Positions 31,203 to 40,406 of a stretch of DNA of 64,000 nucleotides are shown here, one piece after another. A program made the position numbers and the translations under genes. The stretch is from an uncultured Candidatus Entotheonella sp. (GTDB lineage: Bacteria; Tectomicrobia; Entotheonellia; Entotheonellales; Entotheonellaceae). Under the pieces are notes generated by a model. It saw only the letters and a program-made list of their open reading frames with translations, ran no database searches and was not told the DNA's origin. Position 1 is the first letter of the stretch; each line of letters begins with the position of its first letter. The stretch lies in contig CBDCDA010000001.1 in NCBI GenBank assembly GCA_965215335.1, positions 256,001 through 320,000 of the forward strand. Reading direction: 5' to 3'.

Positions 31203-32882
31203 TTACCGCAGCGTGCCCGCAGCCGTGCGCTCCTTGGCCGGGAAGAGACCCGTGGGTCTGAGCTGCAGGAAAATGATGACCAGCACGAGAATGCCGACCT
31301 TGGCGTAAACGGCGGCGGCGGTGCCGCCGATCAGCGGCTCCAGGAGCTTGTTCGACATGCCGACGCCACCGGACGCCAGCACCGTGCCGAACAATTTGCC
31401 GACCCCGCCCAGCACCACCACCATGAACGAGTCGACGATGTAGGTCTTGCCCACTTCCGGGTCCACGGTGCCGATGAGACTCAAGGCGCAACCCGCCAGC
31501 CCCGCCAAGGCGGTGCCGAGCGCGAAGGTGAGGGCGTCAACCTTGCGCGCGGAAATACCGATACAGGCCGCCATGTCGCGGTTCTGCGTCACCGAGCGGA
31601 TGCGCAGGCCGACGTTGGAGCGGTACAGCAGCAGGTACACCATGACCAGGGAGAGTACCGACAGGGCAATGATGAAGAGCCGGCTATAGGGGAAAATCAG
31701 CCCCGGCATGACCTCCCAGCCACCGCGAAACCAGGTGGGCGGGCTGACGCTCGTTTGATCCCCGAAATAAAGCCGCGCGCCCTGTTGCAGCACCATGCCG
31801 ATGCCCCAGGTGACGAGCAGGCTTTCGAGCGGCCGGCCGTACAGGAAGCGCAGGATGCCGCGTTCCATCAACAGGCCGACGCAGCCCGCCGTGAGGATGG
31901 ACAAGGGCAGGGCAACGACGAAGTAATAGTCGAGATGACCCGGCAGGTAGTCGGCAAAGAATTCTTGCAGCACATAGGCGGTGTACGAGCCGATCATCAG
32001 CATTTCGCCGTGCGCCATGTTGATGATGCCCATCAGTCCGAAGGTAATGGCGAGTCCCAGGCTCATGATCAGCAGGATGGAGGCGAGGCTGACGCCGTTG
32101 AAAAGGTAGCCGGTGCTGTTGCGAACCAGCAGAAAATTCTCGATGGCTTCGATGGCTTCGACGACCGCCGCCCGCACCCGGGCGTCGGTCTCGTGCTGGC
32201 GCAGCTCGCGCAGGCGGCTGAGCGCGGCTTCCGATCGCGTGTCGCCGAAGTAGGCGACGGCCTGGCGTCGTGCCGGCGCGTCCGGCGAGAACAATTGCAA
32301 TTTGTTGACGGCTTCGACGAGGACGTTGCGCACCGCGGCGTCCTGTTCCGCTTCGCTTGCCTTCTGCAGGATGGCAATCAGCGACGCGTCCCGCATATTT
32401 CCCAGACGCAGGGCAGTCGAGCGCCGCGCATTGGCGTCCGCGGCAAAGAGTGCGATGACGTCGAGAGCACGTTGCACCAGCGGGATGTTTTCTTCCTCCA
32501 GGGGGACCTGTTCGAGACCTTCCTCGGGGAAGATGGCTTCACCGGCGCTGTCGAGCAGCGGGGTGCCGGCGAGGTCCACGAAGACCCCGTCGGCGGTGAA
32601 AATGAGAAGCCCTTCCGGCCAGCTGTACAGGGCGCCTTCCTTGAGGGCCTGGAGCAGGCCCGAAAAGGCCGGGTCGGCGAGGTCACGGATTTGCTCGAGG
32701 GTGGCCCGCTGGGTGGCAGGCGTGGCGAGGTCCCGAGCATAGTCGGCGGGCGTGTCCGCCGCGCGCCCCGCATTTGGCAACACGCCACCCGCACAGCACA
32801 TCACCAGCAGGAGAGCCAGGAGGCGTAGCAATTGATGTCTCCAGGTGCTTGGAAACAGTTGCGGGGGAATGCGGCAAGGCAC
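31203..32882 (-). CDS. urtB: Urea ABC transporter permease with N-terminal HEAT-like domain
   Basis: GLAITFGLMGIINMAHGE, LYGRPLESLL, YIVDSFMVVVLGGVG; start uncertain. Confidence 0.92.
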   Translation of the reverse strand: MPCRIPPQLFPSTWRHQLLRLLALLLVMCCAGGVLPNAGRAADTPADYARDLATPATQRATLEQIRDLADPAFSGLLQALKEGALYSWPEGLLIFTADGVFVDLAGTPLLDSAGEAIFPEEGLEQVPLEEENIPLVQRALDVIALFAADANARRSTALRLGNMRDASLIAILQKASEAEQDAAVRNVLVEAVNKLQLFSPDAPARRQAVAYFGDTRSEAALSRLRELRQHETDARVRAAVVEAIEAIENFLLVRNSTGYLFNGVSLASILLIMSLGLAITFGLMGIINMAHGEMLMIGSYTAYVLQEFFADYLPGHLDYYFVVALPLSILTAGCVGLLMERGILRFLYGRPLESLLVTWGIGMVLQQGARLYFGDQTSVSPPTWFRGGWEVMPGLIFPYSRLFIIALSVLSLVMVYLLLYRSNVGLRIRSVTQNRDMAACIGISARKVDALTFALGTALAGLAGCALSLIGTVDPEVGKTYIVDSFMVVVLGGVGKLFGTVLASGGVGMSNKLLEPLIGGTAAAVYAKVGILVLVIIFLQLRPTGLFPAKERTAAGTLR

Positions 32883-32904
32883 TCCCCCGCGTACAGGTCG
32901 AAAA

Positions 32905-34257
32905 TTATTGCTGGGACAGCCAGACGCGGCTACCGTTTACCATATCATAGGTTCCCAGGCCGTCGCCGCTCCAGTCGCAGGCCCGACCGGGATAGGTCAG
33001 CTCGCTCCACGGCAGGGGTCGCACCCAGCTCTTGGTCTTCCACACGATGTCGAACTGACCATCTTCGCGGATCTTGCCGATGTAGACCGGCTTCCAGGTG
33101 TGATGGTTCTTCTCGTCGACCTTGTAATCGCCGACGGGGCTGCTGAGCGTCAGGCCCTCCAGGGCCTTCAGGACTGCTTCGACGTCCGTGCTGCCGGCCT
33201 TCTCGACGGCCTGGGCCCACAGCTTGACGTGCGTGTAAGCGTGCATCATCGGGTCATCGGTCACGCACTGCTTGTCGGGGATGCCGCGCTTCTCGCACCA
33301 TTTCTTGTACGCCCTCACCCACTTGAAGTTGTGCGGGGACTTCAGCGACATGTAGTAGTTCCAGGAAGCAAGATGGCCGGCCAGGGGCTTGACGTCGAGG
33401 GTCTGCAATTCCACCTCGGCAAAGCTGAACGAAATGACCGGGCAGGTGTCGGCCGTGATGCCCTGATTGGCGAGTTCCTTGAAAAAGGGCACGTTGCTGT
33501 CGCCGTTGATGGTGTTGATCACCGCGCCATCACCGCCGGCGCAGAAGCTCTTGATCTTGCCGACGATGGTTTGATAGTCCTGGTGGTGAAACGGGGTGTA
33601 TTCCTCGGCGATACCGTCTTCCGTGACACCCTTGGCCTTGGTGAGATAGAGCCGCAGGATTTTATTCGTGGTGCGCGGGTAGACGTAGTCCGTGCCGATC
33701 AGGTAGAAGCGCTTCTTGCTGCCACCTTCCGGGCTCATCAGGTAATCGACCGCGGGGGACGCCTGCTGGTTGATGGTCGCACCGGTGTAGATGACGTTCT
33801 TGGAACACTCCTCGCCCTCGTACTGCACAGGGTAGAAGAGGAGGCCGTTGTACTGCTCGAACACCGGCAACACGGACTTGCGGCTCACTGAAGTCCAGCA
33901 GCCGAAAACCGTTGCCACCTCATCCTGCGTCAGGAGTTTCTTGGCCTTTTCGGCAAAGAGGTCCCAATTCGAGGCGGGATCTTCCACGATCGGCTCGACC
34001 GGGCGCCCCAACACGCCGCCGGCTTCGTTGATTTCCTCGATGGCCATGAGGATGACTTCCTTGAGGGGTCCTTCACTGATGGCCATGGTGCCGCTCAGCG
34101 AATGCAACACGCCTACCTTGATGGGCTCCTGCGCCATGGCGCCGGGATCCATTAGCCCCGCCAGCAGGGCGAGCGAAAATCCGAGGGTGCAGGCGGTGCG
34201 TTTCACGGCCTGCCATTTGTGCGTGCGGGCCCGGCCCGCGGTGTGCAAGTTGGTCAC
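32905..34257 (-). CDS. urtA: Urea ABC transporter substrate-binding protein
   Basis: VGVLHSLSGTMAISE, FGCWTSVSRKSVLP, YPVQYEG, DYVYPRTTN, TINGDSN. Confidence 0.95.
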   Translation of the reverse strand: MTNLHTAGRARTHKWQAVKRTACTLGFSLALLAGLMDPGAMAQEPIKVGVLHSLSGTMAISEGPLKEVILMAIEEINEAGGVLGRPVEPIVEDPASNWDLFAEKAKKLLTQDEVATVFGCWTSVSRKSVLPVFEQYNGLLFYPVQYEGEECSKNVIYTGATINQQASPAVDYLMSPEGGSKKRFYLIGTDYVYPRTTNKILRLYLTKAKGVTEDGIAEEYTPFHHQDYQTIVGKIKSFCAGGDGAVINTINGDSNVPFFKELANQGITADTCPVISFSFAEVELQTLDVKPLAGHLASWNYYMSLKSPHNFKWVRAYKKWCEKRGIPDKQCVTDDPMMHAYTHVKLWAQAVEKAGSTDVEAVLKALEGLTLSSPVGDYKVDEKNHHTWKPVYIGKIREDGQFDIVWKTKSWVRPLPWSELTYPGRACDWSGDGLGTYDMVNGSRVWLSQQ

Positions 34258-34320
34258 GATGTTCTCCTTGATAGCTTGAACGAGACAATGCTGCGGACTT
34301 GCGATGCTTGTCTACGTGAC

Positions 34321-34337
34321 AGCAACTTGCATGCCAA
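34321..34337 (-). promoter_or_regulatory. Sigma54 (-24/-12) promoter of the urt operon
   Basis: Minus strand TTGGCATGCAAGTTGCT fits TGGCAC-N5-TTGCW; about 63 nt upstream of urtA. Confidence 0.8.
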
Positions 34338-34425
34338 CTGCCGTCGGGAGCGTCAAAGCCGTTGTGTGGGGCTGTCCGCCCTGGTTGGGGGATGACAACG
34401 AGACGAGAACGGGATTGTTCAGCGG

Positions 34426-34442
34426 GGCACCATTTTTGTAAA
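34426..34442. promoter_or_regulatory. Possible NtrC-type enhancer site
   Basis: ggcaccatttttgtaaa partly matches TGCACCA-N3-TGGTGCA; about 90 nt upstream of the sigma54 site. Confidence 0.35.
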
Positions 34443-34509
34443 AATCGACAACTTTGTATGTCTTTGGTTTCGTCGGCGAGGTCTTATGGACCGGGATGGC
34501 GTCAGAACG

Positions 34510-35781
34510 TCAGAGCAAATCGAGGCTGGGCGTGATGACGAGATGCAGGCGCCGGTGAGCCTCACGCAGGGCATGCTCGACCGCCTGCGGGGTTTCGCCA
34601 CGAGCGAAAATGAACCCGGGATAGCTGTCGCCCTCGGGAAAGGGTCGAAGTTTCTCGTGCAGCTTGGCGGTGATCGCAATATCTTCGATGCCGGGAACGC
34701 CGAGCGCGGCGTCCAGGCCCGTCACGTGTCTGAGAAAGCCGGCGCGGGGAATGGGCAGCATCATGGTGCCGGCAGCGGCCTGCTCACGTTTCAGAGAGGG
34801 CAGGGGGAATCCGCAGGCGTGGCGGATGAGCAATTCTTCAAGGGACATCCCGGCCCCAAAGCGCAGCGAGCGACTTCACAAACCACCGATGGGTCGGGCG
34901 GCGAGTTCGAGCAGCCAGGGTCCCTGGCCGTTGACACGCAATTCGGCGTGCAAAGGACCGTGGCAGAGACCCAGGGCATGGGCTGCCTGTTCGGCACAAC
35001 GGACGATCTCGGACTGCAGGTCAGCACGGAGACGGGAGGGAGTGACGTAGATGGTTTCTTCAAAAAAGGGACCGTTCAGCGGGTCAGGCTTGTCAAACAG
35101 GGCCAGCGGCTGCAGACGGCCCGCGGTTAACAGGCCTTCCAGGGCAACCTCGGCACCGGGGATGAAACGCTCGACGAGTATCCCCTCGTTCGCTTCATCC
35201 TGTTTCTGGCGTATCTCGGGCCTTTCCAGCAAGGCGCGCAATCGAAGGAAAGACGCGATAAATTCGGCCGGGGTGTTGGCACGCATGACGCCCCGGCTTG
35301 CCGACAGGGCAAGCGGTTTAACGACACAGGGATACGGGACCTCGTGTTGCACGAGGTGGGGGTCGGTCTGCATCGGGAAACACTTGAAGACCGGCACTTG
35401 CGCACAAGCCGCTTGCAGGCGCTGACGCATGAGGAGCTTGTTTCGACTGGCCAGGACGGCGTCCGGCGAGTTGTGCAGCAGGCCCAGATCCCGGCTCGCT
35501 TTTGCGGCGCTGAGGAGGGGGGTATCGCCCACAGGAAGAATGGCGGTGACGGGACGCTGGCCAGCAAAATCGACGATGCGCTGCGCGGCTTCCGGCGGCC
35601 GCTCGAACCGCAGCGGCACGGCATCGTCTTCCCAAGGGTCATCCAGAATATCGCAACGGTCGCTGCCGAGCACCGTTTCCACGCCGAGATGCCGAGCCGT
35701 TCGTATGAATTCCCGTGCTTCATACCCTGTCGTCGTATACAGAAGCATGAGCCGGAGGCGACGGATGTCGGGTGCTGCCAT
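34510..35781 (-). CDS. ATP-grasp domain protein with in-frame UGA (predicted selenocysteine, codon 302)
   Basis: ORFs 34876-35865 and 34510-34848 are in the same frame, joined by ...ELAARPIGGL-TGA-SRSLRFGAG-MSLEELL; motifs NKLLMR, YPCVVKP..LSASRGV, VERFIPG.E, HAE; hairpin after the UGA. Confidence 0.8.
34836..34861 (-). promoter_or_regulatory. Putative bacterial SECIS element of the ATP-grasp gene
   Basis: 14 nt after UGA: CUUU-GGGGC-(CGGGAU)-GUCCC-UU-GAAG stem-loop with G-rich loop and U bulge. Confidence 0.55.
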
Positions 35782-35816
35782 CCTGATTTCCCCAGACCGC
35801 CAAGAAAGCCTTGATT

Positions 35817-37226
35817 CTAAAAAGGAGCCACCTGCTCCTCGGTAGGTTCCGCTCAACAATACCACGGTTCATCGAGGTAAGGAACGGGCCCACGGGGCGG
35901 CGGGGCAACAGGGGCGGGCACCGGCGCGGCAGGAACTTGGGCGGCCTTGTGGGCGGCATGCCAGAGACGTTCAAATATCTCGTAGCGACTGGCACCTTCC
36001 GCCGCACCGCTTTGGACCAATTGGAGCACCTCCGCGCACAGGCCATCCATCCGGTCATCGGGATGTTCCCAGCGGTACGACAGGGCATCGGCGTCGAATT
36101 CCCGCAACGACGGGCGCATTTCGGGCAGGTCCAGCAACTTGGAGCCGTCGGGGATCAGCAAACGCATGGCGAGCTGGATGGGTGCCACGTGCTCGATCAG
36201 ACCTTGCGTGGCGATGACAACCAGCAAGTCAATATAGTCGGCCAAGGAAGTCCAAGGCATGAAGGCGACAAACGTCGGATTGAGGCAGAGTCCGGCTTGT
36301 CTGCAAAGGGCCAGAGCCCGGAGAAAATCCTGCCGGGTGTGGCCTTTATCGAGCAGGCGCAGAACGTCATCCCGGACGGCCTCCACGGCGCTCGTCACCA
36401 TCAGGCAGCCGGTTTGCCGGAGGATGGGCAGATGCTCGGCATGCCGCAACAGATGCTCTATCTTGATCGTGGCGTCGTAGGTGAGGCGGGGAAACTCCCG
36501 GTGCAGGTCATGCACCAGCGGCAAGGCGTGGCCGATGCCATTGAAGAAATCGGGATCGCCAAAGGTTACATGCTCGGCGCCGGCCGCGACCTGGCGCCGG
36601 ATGTCTTCCAGGACAATGTCCCTCTGCACGATGCGAAAACGGCCCGCGTAGACCGGCACGATCGGGCAATGGCGGCAGAAGTGTTTGCAGCCGCGGCTGG
36701 CTTCGGTGTAGCCGGCCACATGGGAACGCTCTCCTGCTTTGAGTTGTGCGTAAACTGCCAGGCGGGGCAAATCGCCCCGGTCAGGCACCTGGAACCGTTG
36801 ACGCTCCAGGGAAACAACGTCTTCCGGCTGCTGGGCGGCAAGTGGCGAATCTGTCTGAAGGCGTTGTACGAGTCGCAACAGTCCGGATTCGAATTCCCCA
36901 CCGAGAAGGGTGGCAGCCCCCGATTCCCGCAGCAAACGGTCATTCATGGGGGCGTAAAGGCCGTAGAAGCAGAGGTGGGCTTGCGGATTAAGGGTCTTGA
37001 CGTGCTTCGCAACCTGAATGGCGATCCGCGTTGCGGTGTGCATGGGGATGTAGAAGGCCACAAGGTCGGCAGCCAGAATGGCCTCGCGGTCGAGGCGACT
37101 GCGCGACAAATCCTGGCAGTAGACCAGCACCCCCGCCTGTCGCAGCCAAGCAGCGGGGGAGGCCAAACCAAAAGGCTGTCGTCCCAATTCATAGGTTGCG
37201 AGGAGTACGACACGCATCGTGGCCAC
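35817..37226 (-). CDS. CUAEP-tail radical SAM selenoprotein (B12-binding-like N-terminus), Sec at codon 458
   Basis: EASRGCKHFCRHC (CxxxCxxC), FGDPDFF; the C-terminus reads YLDEPWYC-TGA-AEPTEEQVAPF-TAG, i.e. the CUAEP tail. Confidence 0.88.
35822..35840 (-). promoter_or_regulatory. Putative bacterial SECIS element of the radical SAM gene
   Basis: 12 nt after UGA: GAGGAGC-(AGGUG)-GCUCCUU, a 7-bp stem with a G-rich loop. Confidence 0.65.
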
Positions 37227-37261
37227 CCTTGAAGGATGTGGTTCTCAAGCGGCTGGCCGAC

Positions 37262-37582
37262 CTAACCCTTGCCCATTGGCGGAACGTAACCCGGGGGCAG
37301 GGCGGCGCCTTCGCCGAAAAAGAATTCTTCCATTTGCTGGCGGATGAATTCGTCTGCCTGCGGGTCCATGACATTCAGGCGGTACTCGTTCAGGATCATC
37401 GTCAGGAAGCCTTTCCACAATTCCCAGGCTTCCATAGAGACGTTGTCATAGATACGTTGACGCAATTCAGCCCCTCCCAGCGACTCAATCATTTCCAAGG
37501 CGACGCCGCCCTGGAGATCATCCTCATCAATGCCGAGGGCCTCCTTTTGCAGCTTCATGCAGTACACGAGTCGTTGTGTCAT
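37262..37582 (-). CDS. yggX: YggX-like Fe(II)-trafficking / oxidative damage protection protein
   Basis: RLVYCMKLQKEALG, RIYDNVSMEAWELW, TMILNEYRLN, QMEEFFF, PPGYVPP. Confidence 0.85.
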   Translation of the reverse strand: MTQRLVYCMKLQKEALGIDEDDLQGGVALEMIESLGGAELRQRIYDNVSMEAWELWKGFLTMILNEYRLNVMDPQADEFIRQQMEEFFFGEGAALPPGYVPPMGKG

Positions 37583-37597
37583 AGTAGTAGGGCCCCT

Positions 37598-37912
37598 TCA
37601 GTCCTGTCGGGCATCATCGTCTGCCGTTGCCGGCGCTCCCACCCCTGCGCCATCATCCTCGGTGCCGTTGCCAGGAATTGCGGTGGGTACTGGCGGGGCG
37701 CCATCGAGCGGGGGGATGGTCTCGAAGGAGATCTGGTCAGCAGCAATTTCACGAACCGCGATGGTAAAAAAGCTGTCTGCCTCCTCGTGTGGCACCTGTG
37801 GCCGGGCGCCATGATGGAGCTGGCGGATACGTCTGGCTATCAGCATGGTCGTATGGTAACGGTTTCCAACCACTTTAATGGCGGCATCAAGAAGAGCGTG
37901 CTGTTGTCTCAA
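37598..37912 (-). CDS. rpoZ: RNA polymerase omega subunit
   Basis: LDAAIKVVGNRYHTTMLIARRIRQL..GARP...IAVREIA; TTG start after gggagag; acidic tail. Confidence 0.75.
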   Translation of the reverse strand: MRQQHALLDAAIKVVGNRYHTTMLIARRIRQLHHGARPQVPHEEADSFFTIAVREIAADQISFETIPPLDGAPPVPTAIPGNGTEDDGAGVGAPATADDDARQD

Positions 37913-38067
37913 GGTATTCTCTCCCGAAGCGGGCTCCGCGAACCAAGGAACCAATTGTGGGGGTCGGAACCTCACTATACCATGCACAAAGAAATTCTTG
38001 CCACCTGCCCACCTGCATGGAATCCTTTTGATCGGCAAGTTACATTGGATGGATGCCGTAGAGACAC

Positions 38068-38787
38068 ATGAACGTAAAAGCAATGCTGGCTCAAAAGCGT
38101 ATCGTGGGGCTTATTCCCGCTGCCGGGAGCGGTATCCGGATGGGTGGGCGCGTTGCGAAGCCGTTTCTGCAACTCGGTGGGCGAGAGATGTTGGCGCATA
38201 CGCTAGACGTTTTTGAACGGTGCACGATTATCGACGAGGTATGGGTCATTGTTGCGGCCCATCATCTTTCTGCTTGCCGGCAGGGAATCATCGAACGATA
38301 TGGATTCGGCAAGGTGCGCAACGTCCTAGCGGGGGGAGCGAATCGCCAGGAATCGGTTTGGCGCGGGCTGCAGCGGATCGATGCGGAGGTTGACTTGGTG
38401 ATCGTTCATGACGGCGTCCGCCCTTTTGTGACAGAGGCGGTTTTGCAGGAAACGCTGGGTTGTGCCGTACAGCACGGTGCCGCCGTGGCGGCCGTACCGC
38501 TGCGAGATACGCTGAAGCGCGTCGCCGAGGGGGGGGTGGTCGAGGCAACGATCCCGCGGGAAAATTTATGGCGCGCGCAGACGCCGCAGGCGTTTCAGCG
38601 CCATCTCCTGATGGCGGCGCATCGACAGGCCTGGGAGCGCGGCCTGTGTGCAACGGATGACGCCAGTCTGCTCGAATCCATGGGACATCCGGTAAAAGTG
38701 ATTTTGGGGCTGGAAAGCAACATCAAGATTACGACACCGGAGGATTTGATTTGGAGCGAGAGTTTGCTGCGGACATCTCACGAGTGA
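38068..38787 (+). CDS. ispD: 2-C-methyl-D-erythritol 4-phosphate cytidylyltransferase
   Basis: PAAGSGIRMG, GGANRQESV, VHDGVRP, AQTPQ, NIKITTPED. Confidence 0.95.
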   Translation: MNVKAMLAQKRIVGLIPAAGSGIRMGGRVAKPFLQLGGREMLAHTLDVFERCTIIDEVWVIVAAHHLSACRQGIIERYGFGKVRNVLAGGANRQESVWRGLQRIDAEVDLVIVHDGVRPFVTEAVLQETLGCAVQHGAAVAAVPLRDTLKRVAEGGVVEATIPRENLWRAQTPQAFQRHLLMAAHRQAWERGLCATDDASLLESMGHPVKVILGLESNIKITTPEDLIWSESLLRTSHE

Positions 38788-38795
38788 GCGAGGTC

Positions 38796-39290
38796 ATGCG
38801 AATAGGGTTCGGCTACGACGCCCATCGGCTGGTGCCTGACGCTGCCTTGATGTTGGGCGGCGTACCCATTCCCCACGAATATGGCTTGCAAGGGCATTCT
38901 GACGCGGATGTCGTTGTGCATGCACTGTGCGACGCCATGCTTGGCGCGGCCGCACTCGGCGATAGCGGTCAGTATTTCCCAAGTACGGACGAACGTTGGC
39001 GCGGGGTTTCCAGTCTCATTATCCTGAAAGCCGTCGCACATTTGCTGGCGGAGAACCACCATACGCTGGGGAACGCCGATATCACGATTGTCGCCCAACG
39101 CCCTCGCCTGGCCCCCTACCTTCCGCGCATGGCGACAACGCTCGCCGCCACCGCAAATATCGAGCCTGGGCAACTGAGCATCAAGGCTACCACGACGGAT
39201 GGACTGGGTTTTCCCGGAAAAGAGCTGGGAATAGCGGCATACGCGGTTTGCCTTGTGTGGCCGTCACAGGCTGCTGCTGCACGCTCTTGA
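38796..39290 (+). CDS. ispF: MECDP synthase
   Basis: MRIGFGYDAH, GHSDADV..H, IKATT. Confidence 0.95.
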   Translation: MRIGFGYDAHRLVPDAALMLGGVPIPHEYGLQGHSDADVVVHALCDAMLGAAALGDSGQYFPSTDERWRGVSSLIILKAVAHLLAENHHTLGNADITIVAQRPRLAPYLPRMATTLAATANIEPGQLSIKATTTDGLGFPGKELGIAAYAVCLVWPSQAAAARS

Positions 39291-39305
39291 CCTGGACAAC
39301 GGAAG

Positions 39306-40100
39306 ATGGCAAAAGAGACTTTGTACGGCATCCATGCCGTTATCGGCGTCCTGAACAACAAGCGACGGCGCGTATCGAAAATTCTGGTCGATGAACACCG
39401 CCAGGATGGCGCAGCCCAGCAGATCATGACACTGGCTCAACGGTGTGGCATCATCCTCGAGCCCGTCAATCGAGCGCACTTGAACCGATTACTCGGGCAC
39501 ACGAGACACCAAGGGGTCGCGGCTCTCGTCGAGCCGGTGACGTATGGGTCTCTCAGGCAGACGAGTGAACAAATCGAAGAGGTCGAAGGGCCCCAAACGC
39601 TTTTGGTACTTGACGGCGTGACGGATGTCGGCAATTTTGCGTCTCTCATACGGTCGGCTGTTGCTTTTGGTGTAGACACGATTGTAATACCGCGCAATCG
39701 CTCCGTTGCCTTGACCTCCACAGTCGCCAAGCGGTCGGCCGGTGCCATTGAACGGGTGTCAGTGGTGCGAGTGGTCAATATTGTAAACACGCTTGACGAA
39801 CTGAAGCAGCAAGGGTTTTGGGTCTACGGTACTGGCATGAAAGCAGAGTTGCGAGTCGCTCAACTCCAATGGCCGGAACGTCTCGCAATTGTTCTTGGTG
39901 CCGAGGGAAGCGGTATGCGGCGGCTGGTGCGTGAACGCTGTGATGCTTTGATACGCATACCGATGCACCCCGGCAGCAACTCGCTGAACGTCGCCGTGGC
40001 AGGTGCCATCGTTCTTGCCTATGCCTGGGAACAGCGTTCCGCTGCTCGCTTCGCAGACCCTGACGGCACAACGGCAACTGACGGGAATTTGCAATGTTGA
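39306..40100 (+). CDS. rlmB: 23S rRNA Gm2251 methyltransferase (TrmH/SpoU family)
   Basis: YGIHAV, HQGV, GAEGSG, IPM...SLNVAVA. Confidence 0.9.
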   Translation: MAKETLYGIHAVIGVLNNKRRRVSKILVDEHRQDGAAQQIMTLAQRCGIILEPVNRAHLNRLLGHTRHQGVAALVEPVTYGSLRQTSEQIEEVEGPQTLLVLDGVTDVGNFASLIRSAVAFGVDTIVIPRNRSVALTSTVAKRSAGAIERVSVVRVVNIVNTLDELKQQGFWVYGTGMKAELRVAQLQWPERLAIVLGAEGSGMRRLVRERCDALIRIPMHPGSNSLNVAVAGAIVLAYAWEQRSAARFADPDGTTATDGNLQC

Positions 40101-40329
40101 GCGGGTACCCGCCCCGCCGACCGTTGGTTTGAACGATCCTGTACGAGATTCACGCAATATCCGAAAGACGACAGCAATTCCCCCAGGGTAAGCGCATACG
40201 GCGTTATCCGGGGCCAGCCAGCTTGCGTCAAGCCTCTACGCCTCGACGGAATACCAAGGGGTAATTCGAGAAATTGCTGGAACCCGACGAATGGCAATTC
40301 TCATATGCGCTTACCCTGGCAATTCCCCA

Positions 40330-40358
40330 TTGACACACGGGATCATTTTGATTATTCT
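40330..40358 (+). promoter_or_regulatory. Sigma70 promoter of the tRNA-tuf operon
   Basis: TTGACA, 17 nt, TATTCT, about 48 nt before tRNA-Thr. Confidence 0.7.
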
Positions 40359-40406
40359 GCTTCTTTACTCTTCTCCGGCCGGCTGTCGCATGAGGATGCC
40401 CTCTCC

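Noticed and set aside
34258..34510. RiPP precursor peptide for the radical SAM / ATP-grasp pair
   Set aside because: No short ORF with a credible RBS and leader/core pattern; the interval is occupied by the urt promoter elements
34876..35855. Genome-wide UGA reassignment (Trp or Gly) as the explanation for the two in-frame UGAs
   Set aside because: Conserved genes such as rplK, rplL, rpsG, rplB and ureC end in TGA at their expected C-termini, and tRNA-Trp has a normal CCA anticodon
35811..37232. 473-aa plus-strand ORF, and similar long antisense ORFs (5748-7436, 7560-9077, 14778-16766, 21075-23213, 28643-30262)
   Set aside because: Shadow ORFs opposite well-supported genes in high-GC DNA, with no recognisable motifs
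40095..40130. rlmB ends TGT-TGA-GCG, the same Cys-UGA-Ala context as the radical SAM tail
   Set aside because: The RlmB domain is already complete, the tail is non-conserved, I see no convincing hairpin at SECIS distance, and read-through would run into the tRNA promoter region
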